Notes under the pieces: model-generated
Database searches by the model: none
Seen by the model: the letters and a program-made list of their open reading frames with translations, nothing else
What the model was told of the DNA's origin: nothing
Program-made: the position numbers and the translations under genes
In this document: positions 52,805 to 61,776 of the stretch, piece after piece
Numbering within the stretch: the stretch's first letter is position 1
Layout of the letters: each line of letters starts with the position of its first letter
Source: an uncultured Pseudomonadota bacterium
GTDB taxonomy: Bacteria; Pseudomonadota; Alphaproteobacteria; Acetobacterales; Acetobacteraceae
Reading direction: 5' to 3'
NCBI GenBank assembly: GCA_963736975.1
Contig: CAVTQY010000002.1
Span: 364,949 to 428,948, forward strand
DNA length: 64,000 nucleotides

Positions 52805-53708
52805 ATGTCGCTTTTTTCGATCATCTTCGAGCCGGGCTTCTTCACGAGTGAGCCGGTACCGTACAGCCGCGGTGATCGGCGGAGCGGCGGCCATCGTGTC
52901 CGGAGTTGTCGGCGTCTTCACCGTCATAAGGGGCCAGTCCTTCGCCGGTCACACCCTGGCCGATGTAAGCAGTGCGGGAGGGGCGGCTTCGTACCTTCTT
53001 GGGATAAACCCATTGCTCGGGTTTCTGAGCATGGGTGTGATGGCGGCTTGCAGTATGGAACTTATCCGCGTGCATCTTGCCCGCGAGCGCGATCTTGTGA
53101 CGGGCGTCGTGACGGGGGCCGGGCTCGGGCTTGCGGCCTTGTTTCTCTACTGGGACGTCACGTCGAGCAGCACCACCGGAGCCGCGGTAGCGGTGATGTT
53201 CGGGTCTATGTTTGCGATTCCGCCTTCGATCATTCTGCCTGCCCTGGCGGTGGGTTGCGGTGCGCTCCTGGCGATGACCCTGCTGTACCGACCGTTGTTG
53301 TTGAGCTCGCTCGATCCGGATCTTGCTGCCGTGCGCGGGGTGCCGGTTCGGCTGGTTGGATTGTTGCATCTGATCGTGCTGGCGCTGGCCGTTGCCCTTT
53401 CAGCAATCACCGTCGGTGCCATTCTCTCCACGGCGTTGCTGATCGGCCCCGCTGCTATCGCGCTGCATATCGCCAGGCGACCCGGATCCGCCATCTGCCT
53501 TGCGGCCGCTATTGGCGTCACAACGACCTGGGGCGGGATCCTTATAGCCTATGACAGCTTCAACTGGACGTCTGGGCACGGCTGGCCGGTGAGCTTCTGC
53601 ATCGTCGCCCTGATTTTCATCTGCTACATTGGTGCCGGCTGGCCGAAACCTGGGCAGGCACGCCGGGTACCGCGCATTGCCCCGCGTTATGTCCGGCCTG
53701 CCGAGTAA
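52805..53708 (+). CDS. Metal ABC transporter permease 1 (TroC/ZnuB-like); conserved N-terminus lies in a different frame
   Basis: ORF 52848..53708 (GTG) carries the permease body (AAIVSGVVGVFTVIRGQSFAGHTLADV...). The family-typical N-terminus MSLFSIIFEPGFFTSEPV is encoded from ATG 52805 in the frame of ORF 52802. The frames meet at ~52859. Confidence 0.7.
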
Positions 53709-53713
53709 GGCTG

Positions 53714-54508
53714 ATGTTTTCCAGTTTCATGGTCAACACCTGGATCGCGGCCACCATCGTTGCCGCGGTCGCCGGGGTGGTCGGCTTCTTCGTCGTTATT
53801 CGGGGGGCGGCCTTCGCCGCTCATGCCCTTCCGCTCGGCAGCTTTCCCGGCGCGGCCGCAGCCAGCTTGCTGGGTATCAACCCGCTCATTGGCCTGCTGG
53901 TGTTCTCCGGGCTGGGCGTGATCGGGATCAGCCAACTCGGACGGCGAGGCCGGCAAGAGGTCGCGACGGCGCTATCGCTCGTCACGCTGCTTGGACTGGG
54001 CGCGCTGTTCCTGAGCATGAGCAGCGAGTACTCCCAGGCGACCTTCGCGCTGCTTTTCGGCGAGGTGCTGGGGGTCAGCCGCAGCGAACTAGCGCCAGTG
54101 CCGGCGCTTAGCGCCGTCGGTATGGGCCTGACAGCGATGCTGTTCCGCCCGCTGCTGCTGAGTTCCGTCTCGCCTGAGCTGGGACAAGCCAGGGGCATTT
54201 CGGCTGCCCGGATGGAGCTGCTGTTTCTGACGATTGTGGCACTCGCAACTTCTATGGCGTTGCCGGTTGTCGGGGCGCTCCTGGTCTTTTCCCTGATGGT
54301 GGGCCCTGCCTCTGCCGCGCGCGCACTCGCGGACCAACCGCTGCGCGCGATGCTGCTCTCGGGCGCCTTATCCGTCCTGACGGTCTGGGTAGCGATCGCC
54401 CTGTCCTTTGTCTCGAACTGGCCAATCGGTTTTTTTGTCGGCAGCTTGAGTGCTGGCGCCTACGGGGTCGGGAGGATGTGGACGTGGGCGGCGTTTGCTC
54501 GGTTTTGA
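53714..54508 (+). CDS. Metal ABC transporter permease 2 (TroD/ZnuB-like)
   Basis: 264 aa, multi-TM. MFSSFMVNTWIAATIVAAVAGVVGFFVVIRGAAFAAHALP... Confidence 0.85.
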   Translation: MFSSFMVNTWIAATIVAAVAGVVGFFVVIRGAAFAAHALPLGSFPGAAAASLLGINPLIGLLVFSGLGVIGISQLGRRGRQEVATALSLVTLLGLGALFLSMSSEYSQATFALLFGEVLGVSRSELAPVPALSAVGMGLTAMLFRPLLLSSVSPELGQARGISAARMELLFLTIVALATSMALPVVGALLVFSLMVGPASAARALADQPLRAMLLSGALSVLTVWVAIALSFVSNWPIGFFVGSLSAGAYGVGRMWTWAAFARF

Positions 54509-54533
54509 GTATTGGAAACGGCGGTGTGCAGGC

Positions 54534-54995
54534 TCAGGCTGGCCGGGAGCAGGCAGCGCATGTGCCGTCGAGCTCCACCATGGTGTGGTCGGGATGAAAG
54601 CCTTCGCGCTCCGCGGCGTGTTCAAGCGCCTTCGAGACAGCGCGATCCTCGATTTCGGCCACCGTGCCGCATGTCCGGCAGATCAGTAATTGCACCGCAT
54701 GGCGGTGATTGCCGGCCTCGGTGCAGGGGATAAACGCATTCAGGCGCTCGACCTTGTGGATCAACCGTTGCTCCATCAGGAAATCGAGCGCGCGATAGAT
54801 CGTCGGTGGCACAGCACCTTTGCGGGTCTGCTTGAGCTGGTCCAGGAGCTCATACGCGATCGAGGGCCCCTCAGCCTCCAGGATCAGGCGCAGGACATCA
54901 CGGCGAAGATCAGTGAACCGGGCGCCCTGTTGGGAGCAAGCCTGTGCCGCTGTCTCCAGTTGGGCCTTGATGGCGCGCTGCTTTCTTTGTTTCAT
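54534..54995 (-). CDS. zur: Fur-family zinc uptake regulator
   Basis: 153 aa. FTDLRRDVLRLILEAEGPSIAYELLDQL...TIYRALDFLMEQRLIHKVE, with metal sites HAVQLLICRTCGTV and GTCAACS. It is convergent with the importer operon. Confidence 0.8.
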   Translation of the reverse strand: MKQRKQRAIKAQLETAAQACSQQGARFTDLRRDVLRLILEAEGPSIAYELLDQLKQTRKGAVPPTIYRALDFLMEQRLIHKVERLNAFIPCTEAGNHRHAVQLLICRTCGTVAEIEDRAVSKALEHAAEREGFHPDHTMVELDGTCAACSRPA

Positions 54996-55024
54996 CGATC
55001 AACCTCTGGCCGGGCGTCCAGGAG

Positions 55025-55040
55025 TGCTACGATATAGCGT
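55025..55040. promoter_or_regulatory. Second Zur-box-like sequence, upstream of zur
   Basis: TGCTACGATATAGCGT matches TGCTACGTTATAACGT (50902-50917) at 13 of 16 positions. It lies 30 nt upstream of the zur start (54995) in the zur/GST divergent spacer. Confidence 0.35.
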
Positions 55041-55263
55041 GGTGCATAGGCTTGCCAGCAGAGGCTTCGTGGCATGATGATGGGCTGGCGACCGTATCGC
55101 CTACCGGCTGCACGTTCGGCGGCTCCTTCGCTTATGCGGTCAATTCGCTCGAGCTGCAGATCGCCACCGACGAGGGCGGTGCGCCTGGGGTATGGGCTCT
55201 TTGGCTGGGTTTGGGCGGTCGCGGCACGGCAGCCTGGCCGTTTCAAATGATACAGAGGTCGTG

Positions 55264-55896
55264 ATGCAGCTTTATGGCATGCGGATGTCAGGCAATTGTT
55301 GGAAGGCGGCGCAGATATTGCGTTTGACCGGATATCAGTTCGAATGGATCGAGACCGACAGCAATGCCGGCGCGACGCGCGCGCCGGACTTCCTGAAGAT
55401 CAATCCCATAGGCAAAGTGCCGGCCATCGTCATGGACGACGGCACCGTTCTGGTGGAAAGCAACGCAATCCTATTGCATTTTGCCGAAGGATCTTCCTGG
55501 CTGCCACCGCCGGGACTGAACCGTACGCGCGTGCATGAATGGCTGTTCTTCGAGCAATACAGCCATGAACCATATATCGCGGTTGCCCGTAATATCATGG
55601 CTTGGCTGCGACAGGCGCATCTGTATCAGGATCGCCTGGTGGAATGCGCCAAACGCGGTGCGTACGCGCTTGACGTCATGGAGCGACGGCTCGACGGACA
55701 TTCCTGGCTCGACGGCGAGGCGCCGTCGATCGCCGATCTGGCGCTGTTCGCCTATACGCACCGTGCGGATGAGGGAGGTTTCGATCTCAAGCAGTGGCCT
55801 GCCGTGCTTGGCTGGGTGGAGCGGGTGGCCGCGCTCCCCGGCATGGCTACCCTGCCGCGTCCTCCCGACTGGGCTGCAACCGCAACGACATGGTAA
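55264..55896 (+). CDS. Glutathione S-transferase
   Basis: ORF 55192..55896, start at M25. MQLYGMRMSGNCWKAAQILRLTG...INPIGKVPAIVMDDGTVLVESNAILLHFA. Confidence 0.8.
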   Translation: MQLYGMRMSGNCWKAAQILRLTGYQFEWIETDSNAGATRAPDFLKINPIGKVPAIVMDDGTVLVESNAILLHFAEGSSWLPPPGLNRTRVHEWLFFEQYSHEPYIAVARNIMAWLRQAHLYQDRLVECAKRGAYALDVMERRLDGHSWLDGEAPSIADLALFAYTHRADEGGFDLKQWPAVLGWVERVAALPGMATLPRPPDWAATATTW

Positions 55897-56506
55897 GCCG
55901 ATTCAGTTCCTCCAGAAACGACCTCGCCGCGATGCCCGGCGGCCACGGTTCCCAGGGCCGCATCTCCGCCGGGCGCGGCGTCGGGTCGCGGGTCAGCGGC
56001 TTCGCCGCGATGCCGAGACTGCCGCGGACCTCGGCAGCCGACCAGCCCACCACATGCACGGCCTCGCTGGCAGCAGCCAGCCGGTCCGCTCGTTTATGCA
56101 GTGCCTGTTCTTCTGCGCTCCAGGCCGGCAGGGCGTAGCGGCGCCAGATCGCCGCACGCAGCCGCTCGGCAAGAGCGGCGAAACCGTCGCCGAGAAACGG
56201 CTTGATCGGGGAGATCGCATCGAAGCCGAGCAAACCCTCATCGGCGTCGTGCAGCAGCTCCCGCAACGCCTGCGGCGGCGATAGCCGTGCACGCTCCTGG
56301 CGGCGCAGGGCGAGCACGGTCAGGCTGTGCTGTGCCACCGACAACGGCAGCGGCCAGCCGGAATGCCCGCCCCAGCGATAGGTGCGGGCCAAGCCGAGCG
56401 CGAGATCCTGGTCTTCCCAGTCGAACGGTGTCGGGTCGAGCAGGTCCAGGCGTTTGCCGGAGGGCAGCAGCACCCAGGCGCGCGGCGCGTCGTCCCGGCG
56501 CGTCAC
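55847..56506 (-). CDS. HD-domain phosphohydrolase-like protein
   Basis: 219 aa. ...YRWGGHSGWPLPLSVAQHSLTVLAL...ELLHDADEGLLGFD contains an H...HD...D pattern. It overlaps the GST gene 3' end by 50 nt (convergent). Confidence 0.55.
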   Translation of the reverse strand: MTRRDDAPRAWVLLPSGKRLDLLDPTPFDWEDQDLALGLARTYRWGGHSGWPLPLSVAQHSLTVLALRRQERARLSPPQALRELLHDADEGLLGFDAISPIKPFLGDGFAALAERLRAAIWRRYALPAWSAEEQALHKRADRLAAASEAVHVVGWSAAEVRGSLGIAAKPLTRDPTPRPAEMRPWEPWPPGIAARSFLEELNRLTMSLRLQPSREDAAG

Positions 56507-56629
56507 GGCGGCAGGAGCGGCGGCTTGGGGGCGCGGCTCGGGGGCAGACCGAACGTGGCGGCAGCCGTGAGGGAGACGACGCGGAGGGGCGGTGCTTCTT
56601 GATCGGCCGCCGCCCCCTCCCGCTGACCG

Positions 56630-56646
56630 CCTCCCGCAAGGGGAGG
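56630..56646. repeat. GC-rich REP hairpin (CCTCCCGCAAGGGGAGG)
   Basis: Same core as 41193-41215. It lies just downstream of the CDF transporter stop and has no T-tract. Confidence 0.6.
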
Positions 56647-56663
56647 GGGAAGAAGGGCGGTGC

Positions 56664-57551
56664 TCATAGGACGGGGACGCCTTGTTGCTTGGCCTTGGCT
56701 TCCGGCTCGACGTGGATGGTGATCAGCAGATGCGCCATTTCGGCCCTCAGCGTCTCTTCTATCCGGTCGCAGATCGAGTGCGACTCCGCGACTGTCATTG
56801 TTCCGGGTACGACGAGATGGAATTCGAGGAAGCTGACTTTGCCGGCGTAGCGCATGCGCAGATCATGGGCCTCCAGAGCGCCGGCGGCGCTTTGCGCGAC
56901 CAGCTCGCGAATGCGGGCCACCACATCCGCCGGCGGCGCCGCGTCCATCAGCCCGCCCACTGAGCCGGAGATGGTGGTCATGCCAGACCACAGGACATAG
57001 ACGCCGGCCAGCGCGGCAATCGCCGGATCCAGCAGCAGCACGCCGGTGCGCGCCGCCACGGCGACGCCGACGATGATCCCCGTGGCGGTGATCGCGTCGG
57101 CGAGCAAGTGGCGCCCGTCGGCGGCGAGGGCCGGCGAACTGAGGCGATCGCCGCGGCGGATCAGCCAATACCCCCAGCCGGCGTTCAGCACCGTGCCGAC
57201 GGCATTGAACGCAATGCCGGCGAAGGGTGCGGTGAGCGGCCGCGGGGCACGGAAATCCAGCCAAGCCTGGTCGAAGATCGAGAGCGCGGCGACGACGATG
57301 AGCGCGCCTGTCACGACCGCGGCGAAGAACTCCGCCTTGTCGTGACCGTACGGGTGGTTGGCGTCGGCCGGCACCGCGGCGAGCCGGACCGCGAACAGCG
57401 CGATGGCGGCGGATGCGACGTTGACCGTCGTTTCCAGCGCGTCCGAGTAGAGCGCGGCGCTGCCGGTTATGCGCCATGCGGCGACCTTGAGCGCCAGCAC
57501 CACACAGCCGATGACAATGCTGCCGACGGCGATCCGCTCTGTCCGGCTCAC
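56664..57551 (-). CDS. Cation diffusion facilitator (CDF) family metal efflux transporter
   Basis: 295 aa with six TM segments. ALYSDALETTVNV..., HPYGHDKAEF, HLLADAITATGIIVG, and a C-terminal cytoplasmic domain. Confidence 0.85.
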   Translation of the reverse strand: MSRTERIAVGSIVIGCVVLALKVAAWRITGSAALYSDALETTVNVASAAIALFAVRLAAVPADANHPYGHDKAEFFAAVVTGALIVVAALSIFDQAWLDFRAPRPLTAPFAGIAFNAVGTVLNAGWGYWLIRRGDRLSSPALAADGRHLLADAITATGIIVGVAVAARTGVLLLDPAIAALAGVYVLWSGMTTISGSVGGLMDAAPPADVVARIRELVAQSAAGALEAHDLRMRYAGKVSFLEFHLVVPGTMTVAESHSICDRIEETLRAEMAHLLITIHVEPEAKAKQQGVPVL

Positions 57552-57568
57552 GCCCCCTCCGGCCGGCT

Positions 57569-58858
57569 TTATGCTTCGAACGGGTCGCGCACCAGGATCG
57601 TGTCATCCCGCTCGGGGCTGGTGGATACCAGCGTGACCGGCGCCTCCACCAGTTCCTCGATCCGGCGCACGTATTTCACGGCCTGGGCAGGCAGCGCGGC
57701 CCAGGAGCGGGCACCGCGGGTCGAGCCGCTCCAGCCCTCCATCGTTTCGTAGTCAGGGACCACGTCCGCTTGGGCGCCGGGGGAAGCGGGCATCCTGCGA
57801 AGCTGCTCGCCACCGATGCGATATCCGGTGCAGATTTTCAGCTCCGGCAGACCATCGAGCACGTCGAGTTTGGTGAGCGCGAGGCCGTGGATGCCGCCCA
57901 CCTTGACAGCCTGGCGGACCAGCACGGCATCGAACCAGCCGCAGCGGCGGCGGCGGCCGGTGACGGTGCCAAACTCGTGGCCGCGGTCGCCGAGCAACTG
58001 GCCGGTGGCGTCGGCCAGCTCGGTGGGGAAGGGGCCGGCGCCGACGCGGGTGGAGTAGGCCTTGGCGATGCCCAGCACAAAGCCGACGACGCCCGGCCCG
58101 ACGCCCGCGCCGGCGGCGGCGGTGGCGGCTACCGTGTTGCTGCTTGTCACGTACGGATAGGTGCCGTGATCGACGTCCAGCATGACCGCCTGCGCGCCTT
58201 CGAACAGGATTCGGGTGCCGGCGCGGCGGGCTTCGTCCAGCCGTTCCCAGACCGGCTCGGCATAGGGCAGCACGCGCGGGGCCAGCGCCAGCAACTGTGC
58301 CTGCAACGCCGGCTTTTCGAACACCGGCGCGCCCAGGCCGGCCAACAGCGTGTTATGGTGCAGCAGCAGCTCGTCGAGCTTGGCGGCGATCGTCGCCGGC
58401 TCGGCAAGATCGGCGAGGCGGATGGCGCGACGCGCCACCTTGTCTTCATACGCGGGGCCGATGCCCCGGCCGGTGGTTCCGATCCGCCGCTCCCCGCGCG
58501 CCGCTTCCCGCGCGCGATCGAGTGCGGGATGCAGCGGCAGGATCAGGGCGGCGTTCTCGGCGATGCGCAGGCTATCGGGCGTCACGGTCAGGCCCTGCGC
58601 CCGCACGCGGTCGATTTCCGCCAGCAGCGCTTCGGGATCGACCACCACGCCGTTGCCGATGATGCCGAGCTTGCCGCGCACCAGGCCGGCGGGCAGCAGC
58701 GAGAGTTTGTAGGTCTGGTTGCCGACGACCAGCGTGTGGCCGGCATTATGGCCGCCCTGGAAGCGCACGACGATCTCGGCGCGGCTGGCGAGCCAGTCCA
58801 CCACCTTCCCTTTGCCCTCGTCGCCCCATTGGGCGCCGATCACCGCGACATTCGCCAT
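57569..58858 (-). CDS. purA: Adenylosuccinate synthase
   Basis: [23 protein letters not shown]..., [28 protein letters not shown]. Confidence 0.95.
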   Translation of the reverse strand: MANVAVIGAQWGDEGKGKVVDWLASRAEIVVRFQGGHNAGHTLVVGNQTYKLSLLPAGLVRGKLGIIGNGVVVDPEALLAEIDRVRAQGLTVTPDSLRIAENAALILPLHPALDRAREAARGERRIGTTGRGIGPAYEDKVARRAIRLADLAEPATIAAKLDELLLHHNTLLAGLGAPVFEKPALQAQLLALAPRVLPYAEPVWERLDEARRAGTRILFEGAQAVMLDVDHGTYPYVTSSNTVAATAAAGAGVGPGVVGFVLGIAKAYSTRVGAGPFPTELADATGQLLGDRGHEFGTVTGRRRRCGWFDAVLVRQAVKVGGIHGLALTKLDVLDGLPELKICTGYRIGGEQLRRMPASPGAQADVVPDYETMEGWSGSTRGARSWAALPAQAVKYVRRIEELVEAPVTLVSTSPERDDTILVRDPFEA

Positions 58859-58861
58859 CGC

Positions 58862-60010
58862 TCAGTCTCCGAGGGGGATTGCCCGACCGTCGCACAGGAT
58901 ATGCGTGCAGCCGAGCCGACGGGCCTCCGCCGCCGCGTCGGTTTCGCCGTCCTCCAGCGACGCTACTGTGGCGTAGCCCTGGCAGCGGAACTGGGCTGCC
59001 GCCGCCGCGGTATCCGCCGGTAGATAAAGCGTCGGACGGGGCGCGCGGGGCGGGGCGGCGCGCAGGACCGCATCCGGATAGAGAGTGAGCCCGGTTGCCG
59101 GTTCGGTCTCGCCGCACAGATAGCGCCCGCCGCGGCCCAGCTCCTCATGACGGCCGGGCGCGAAGATCGTGATCGCCACCCCGGTGTGGTAGCGCAGGCC
59201 GCGGAACTCCACTGGATCAATGGTCAGGCGCAGCGCCGGCGCGCGCGCGCGGATGGCCGCCACGGTTTCCGCGAGCCGGTCGGCGAGGTCACGGGCGGTA
59301 GTGGGGAGGCGCGCGGACTGCAGCGCGGCGAGGGCGCGGTCGGCGGCGCCGGCGGCGAGCAACAGCCCGGTCAGTGTTGGCGCGAGCGCGCCGCCATGCC
59401 GGGCCACCGCCGCCGCGTCCTTGCGGTCGAGCGCGCGGGCGAGGGCAGCCCGGTCGGCGCCATCGACCCCGGCGTCGTCGAGCAGGGCGGGCGCCAGCGT
59501 CGGCAAAGTGAGATCGAAGCTGACGCGGGTGAGGCCAACGGCGGCGAGCGCCTCGGCGCCCACCAGCACGATCTCGGCATCCGCCGTCGGGGAGGCGCTG
59601 CCGATCAGCTCGATGCCGGCCTGCGCGATCTGGCGGTCCGGGGCGATCTGGCTGCCGCGCACGCGCAGGCATTGGCCGGCATAGGCGAGGCGCAGCGGGC
59701 GGGGTGCATTGGCGAGCCGCGTGGTGGCGATGCGCGCCACCTGCGGGGTGGTGTCGGCGCGCAGCCCCATCATGCGCTGGCTGTCCGGGTCCATGAGGCG
59801 GAAGGTCTGTTCCGCCACCGCCGCCCCGGATCCGGCGAGGAGGCTGTCCTCGAATTCCAGCAGCGGCGGCTTGACGCGCTGATAGCCGTGCCGGGCGAAT
59901 ACCTCCATCAGCGCCTCGACGGCGGCCGCTTCGGTCTCGGCGTCGGGCGGCAGCAAGTCACGCAGGCCGGCGGGCAGCAGCGCCGGGTGGTTGGAGGTGT
60001 CGTCGGTCAT
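58862..60010 (-). CDS. hisZ: ATP phosphoribosyltransferase regulatory subunit
   Basis: ORF 58862..60313, start at M102. LLPAGLRDLLPPDAETEAAAVEALMEVFARHGYQRVKPPLLEF...FRLMDPDSQRMMGLRADTTPQVAR (HisRS-like). Confidence 0.85.
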   Translation of the reverse strand: MTDDTSNHPALLPAGLRDLLPPDAETEAAAVEALMEVFARHGYQRVKPPLLEFEDSLLAGSGAAVAEQTFRLMDPDSQRMMGLRADTTPQVARIATTRLANAPRPLRLAYAGQCLRVRGSQIAPDRQIAQAGIELIGSASPTADAEIVLVGAEALAAVGLTRVSFDLTLPTLAPALLDDAGVDGADRAALARALDRKDAAAVARHGGALAPTLTGLLLAAGAADRALAALQSARLPTTARDLADRLAETVAAIRARAPALRLTIDPVEFRGLRYHTGVAITIFAPGRHEELGRGGRYLCGETEPATGLTLYPDAVLRAAPPRAPRPTLYLPADTAAAAAQFRCQGYATVASLEDGETDAAAEARRLGCTHILCDGRAIPLGD

Positions 60011-60121
60011 ACGAGGGGGCTGGTACCAGCTATGCGGGCGAAGGCAAGGATGACGGCAACGGAATGTTAACGGATGGTGGGATAAGGTCGCGCGGGGCGG
60101 TGTGACTTGGCACGGTGGTGA

Positions 60122-60502
60122 ATGGACGACTGGCCGAAGGAGTCTGATGGGCAGGGCACGCTGCGGGTGCCGTTCCTGTGGGTGCCGGACGGGGCGCCGG
60201 AGCCGGTCGAGTGGCTGGCAGCGCATCCCGATTATATCCGGCTGCGGGCGCGGTATGTGCCACGGGAGCGGGGTGTTGCACGGGTGGGGCTGGTGCGTGA
60301 TCAGCTCGCGCAAAGCGGGATCGGGCAGGGGATGATCCGGCCGGACGGACGTCGGTGGTTCCCGCCTTCGCCTGATATTGATCGGTCGGGATATTTTCAG
60401 AAGAGTCCGGTCGCAGCGTTTCTACAGGCGAATGAGGCGTTCGGGCATTTCGACCGCAGCACAGCGAAGGTCGGGGTACGAACGCCACGACAATCTATCT
60501 GA
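60122..60502 (+). CDS. Hypothetical protein
   Basis: 126-aa ORF with strongly G/C-biased third positions. No family recognised. Confidence 0.4.
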   Translation: MDDWPKESDGQGTLRVPFLWVPDGAPEPVEWLAAHPDYIRLRARYVPRERGVARVGLVRDQLAQSGIGQGMIRPDGRRWFPPSPDIDRSGYFQKSPVAAFLQANEAFGHFDRSTAKVGVRTPRQSI

Positions 60503-60522
60503 CCATATACCGGCTCTCCGCC

Positions 60523-61776
60523 TCAACCAAACACATGCTCCAACAGAAATTCGTTTCGAAACTTCCCGGCTGGATCGAACCTGTCTGCCAAAGCCCGGAA
60601 ATCCGCCAGCCGATCATACAAGCGGCCGATCTGCCCAGCACCAGCATGCATCAGCTTGCCCCAATGCGGCCGCGCCCCAAGCGGCAGCAGCATCGCCTCG
60701 ATCTCGGCGGTGATCGCCGCCACGGCATCGGGCTCACGCTTCCAGGTGAAATAAATCGCGACCGTGTCCTGGCCATAGGACGGGCTGAGCCAAAGATCAT
60801 CCGCCGCCATGCTGCGTATCTCGCTCAGATACAGATGCCGGTCGATGCGATCCGCGATTGCCCGCAACCCGCCCAGCGCGGTCGTGGCGTGCGCGCGCGG
60901 AACCATATACTCGCTTTGTATCTGCTCGACCGGGCCCGGTTCCAACTCCACGGTGAAATGGCATAGGTGCTCGGACCACGGGCCGGCGATGCCGAACGGC
61001 GTGAGGCCCTCGGCCGCATCGTCCGGACCGGTGGCGCTCGCATACGGCGCCGGCGTCGCACCGAAATGTGCCGCCGTGACCACCGAAGGGCCGCCATCCA
61101 CCAAGCGCGTCTTCAGCCATAATCGGTCGATGTCACGGCTCGACCATTTCGTCATCAGGCTGACGCTGTAGGCCGCCGACATGATGTCTTGCAGGTTCGC
61201 CAGCGCGGCATCCCAGGACAAGCCGATGAAGGCATCCTGGCGCAAGTCGAAACTCGGCTGAATATCCAGCGTAACACGGGTCACCACACCGAAGGCGCCC
61301 AGCCCCACCACCATCCCGTCGAAGCCCTCATCGCCCCGCCGGACCTCGACCAGGTCGCCGCCGGCCGTGACCATCTGAAAACCCGCTACCGCGGTAGCGA
61401 GATTGCCGTGTTTGTCGCCCGAACCATGCGTCCCGGTCGCGATGGCGCCGGCAAGCGAGATATGCGGGAGCGATCCCATATTGTGCAGCGCCCAGCCCTG
61501 CGATTGCAGATACCGCGCAAGCGCCCCGTAGCGCGTGCCCGCGCCGGCCGCGACAGTCCGCCGCACAGGATCGATGACGAACCCGGCGGGCAATGCGCCG
61601 AGATCGACCAGATCGCCGGCCGAATCAGCGATGCCGTTGAATGAATGACGGGTCCCCAGAGCGCGAACCCGCACGGATCGCTCGATCGCGCGGCGCAACT
61701 CGTCGATCGAAGCGGGACGATGAATGCGTTGGGCTTTGTAGGCGTAGCTGTGCGACCAGTTATACTCGCCAGTCAT
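60523..61776 (-). CDS. FAD-linked oxidase of the D-arabinono-1,4-lactone/alditol oxidase type
   Basis: ORF 60523..61821, start at M16. NWSHSYAYKAQRIHRPASIDEL..., VRALGTRHSFNGIAD, SLPHISLAGAIATGTHGSG, C-terminal ...ARPHWGKLMH. Confidence 0.8.
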   Translation of the reverse strand: MTGEYNWSHSYAYKAQRIHRPASIDELRRAIERSVRVRALGTRHSFNGIADSAGDLVDLGALPAGFVIDPVRRTVAAGAGTRYGALARYLQSQGWALHNMGSLPHISLAGAIATGTHGSGDKHGNLATAVAGFQMVTAGGDLVEVRRGDEGFDGMVVGLGAFGVVTRVTLDIQPSFDLRQDAFIGLSWDAALANLQDIMSAAYSVSLMTKWSSRDIDRLWLKTRLVDGGPSVVTAAHFGATPAPYASATGPDDAAEGLTPFGIAGPWSEHLCHFTVELEPGPVEQIQSEYMVPRAHATTALGGLRAIADRIDRHLYLSEIRSMAADDLWLSPSYGQDTVAIYFTWKREPDAVAAITAEIEAMLLPLGARPHWGKLMHAGAGQIGRLYDRLADFRALADRFDPAGKFRNEFLLEHVFG

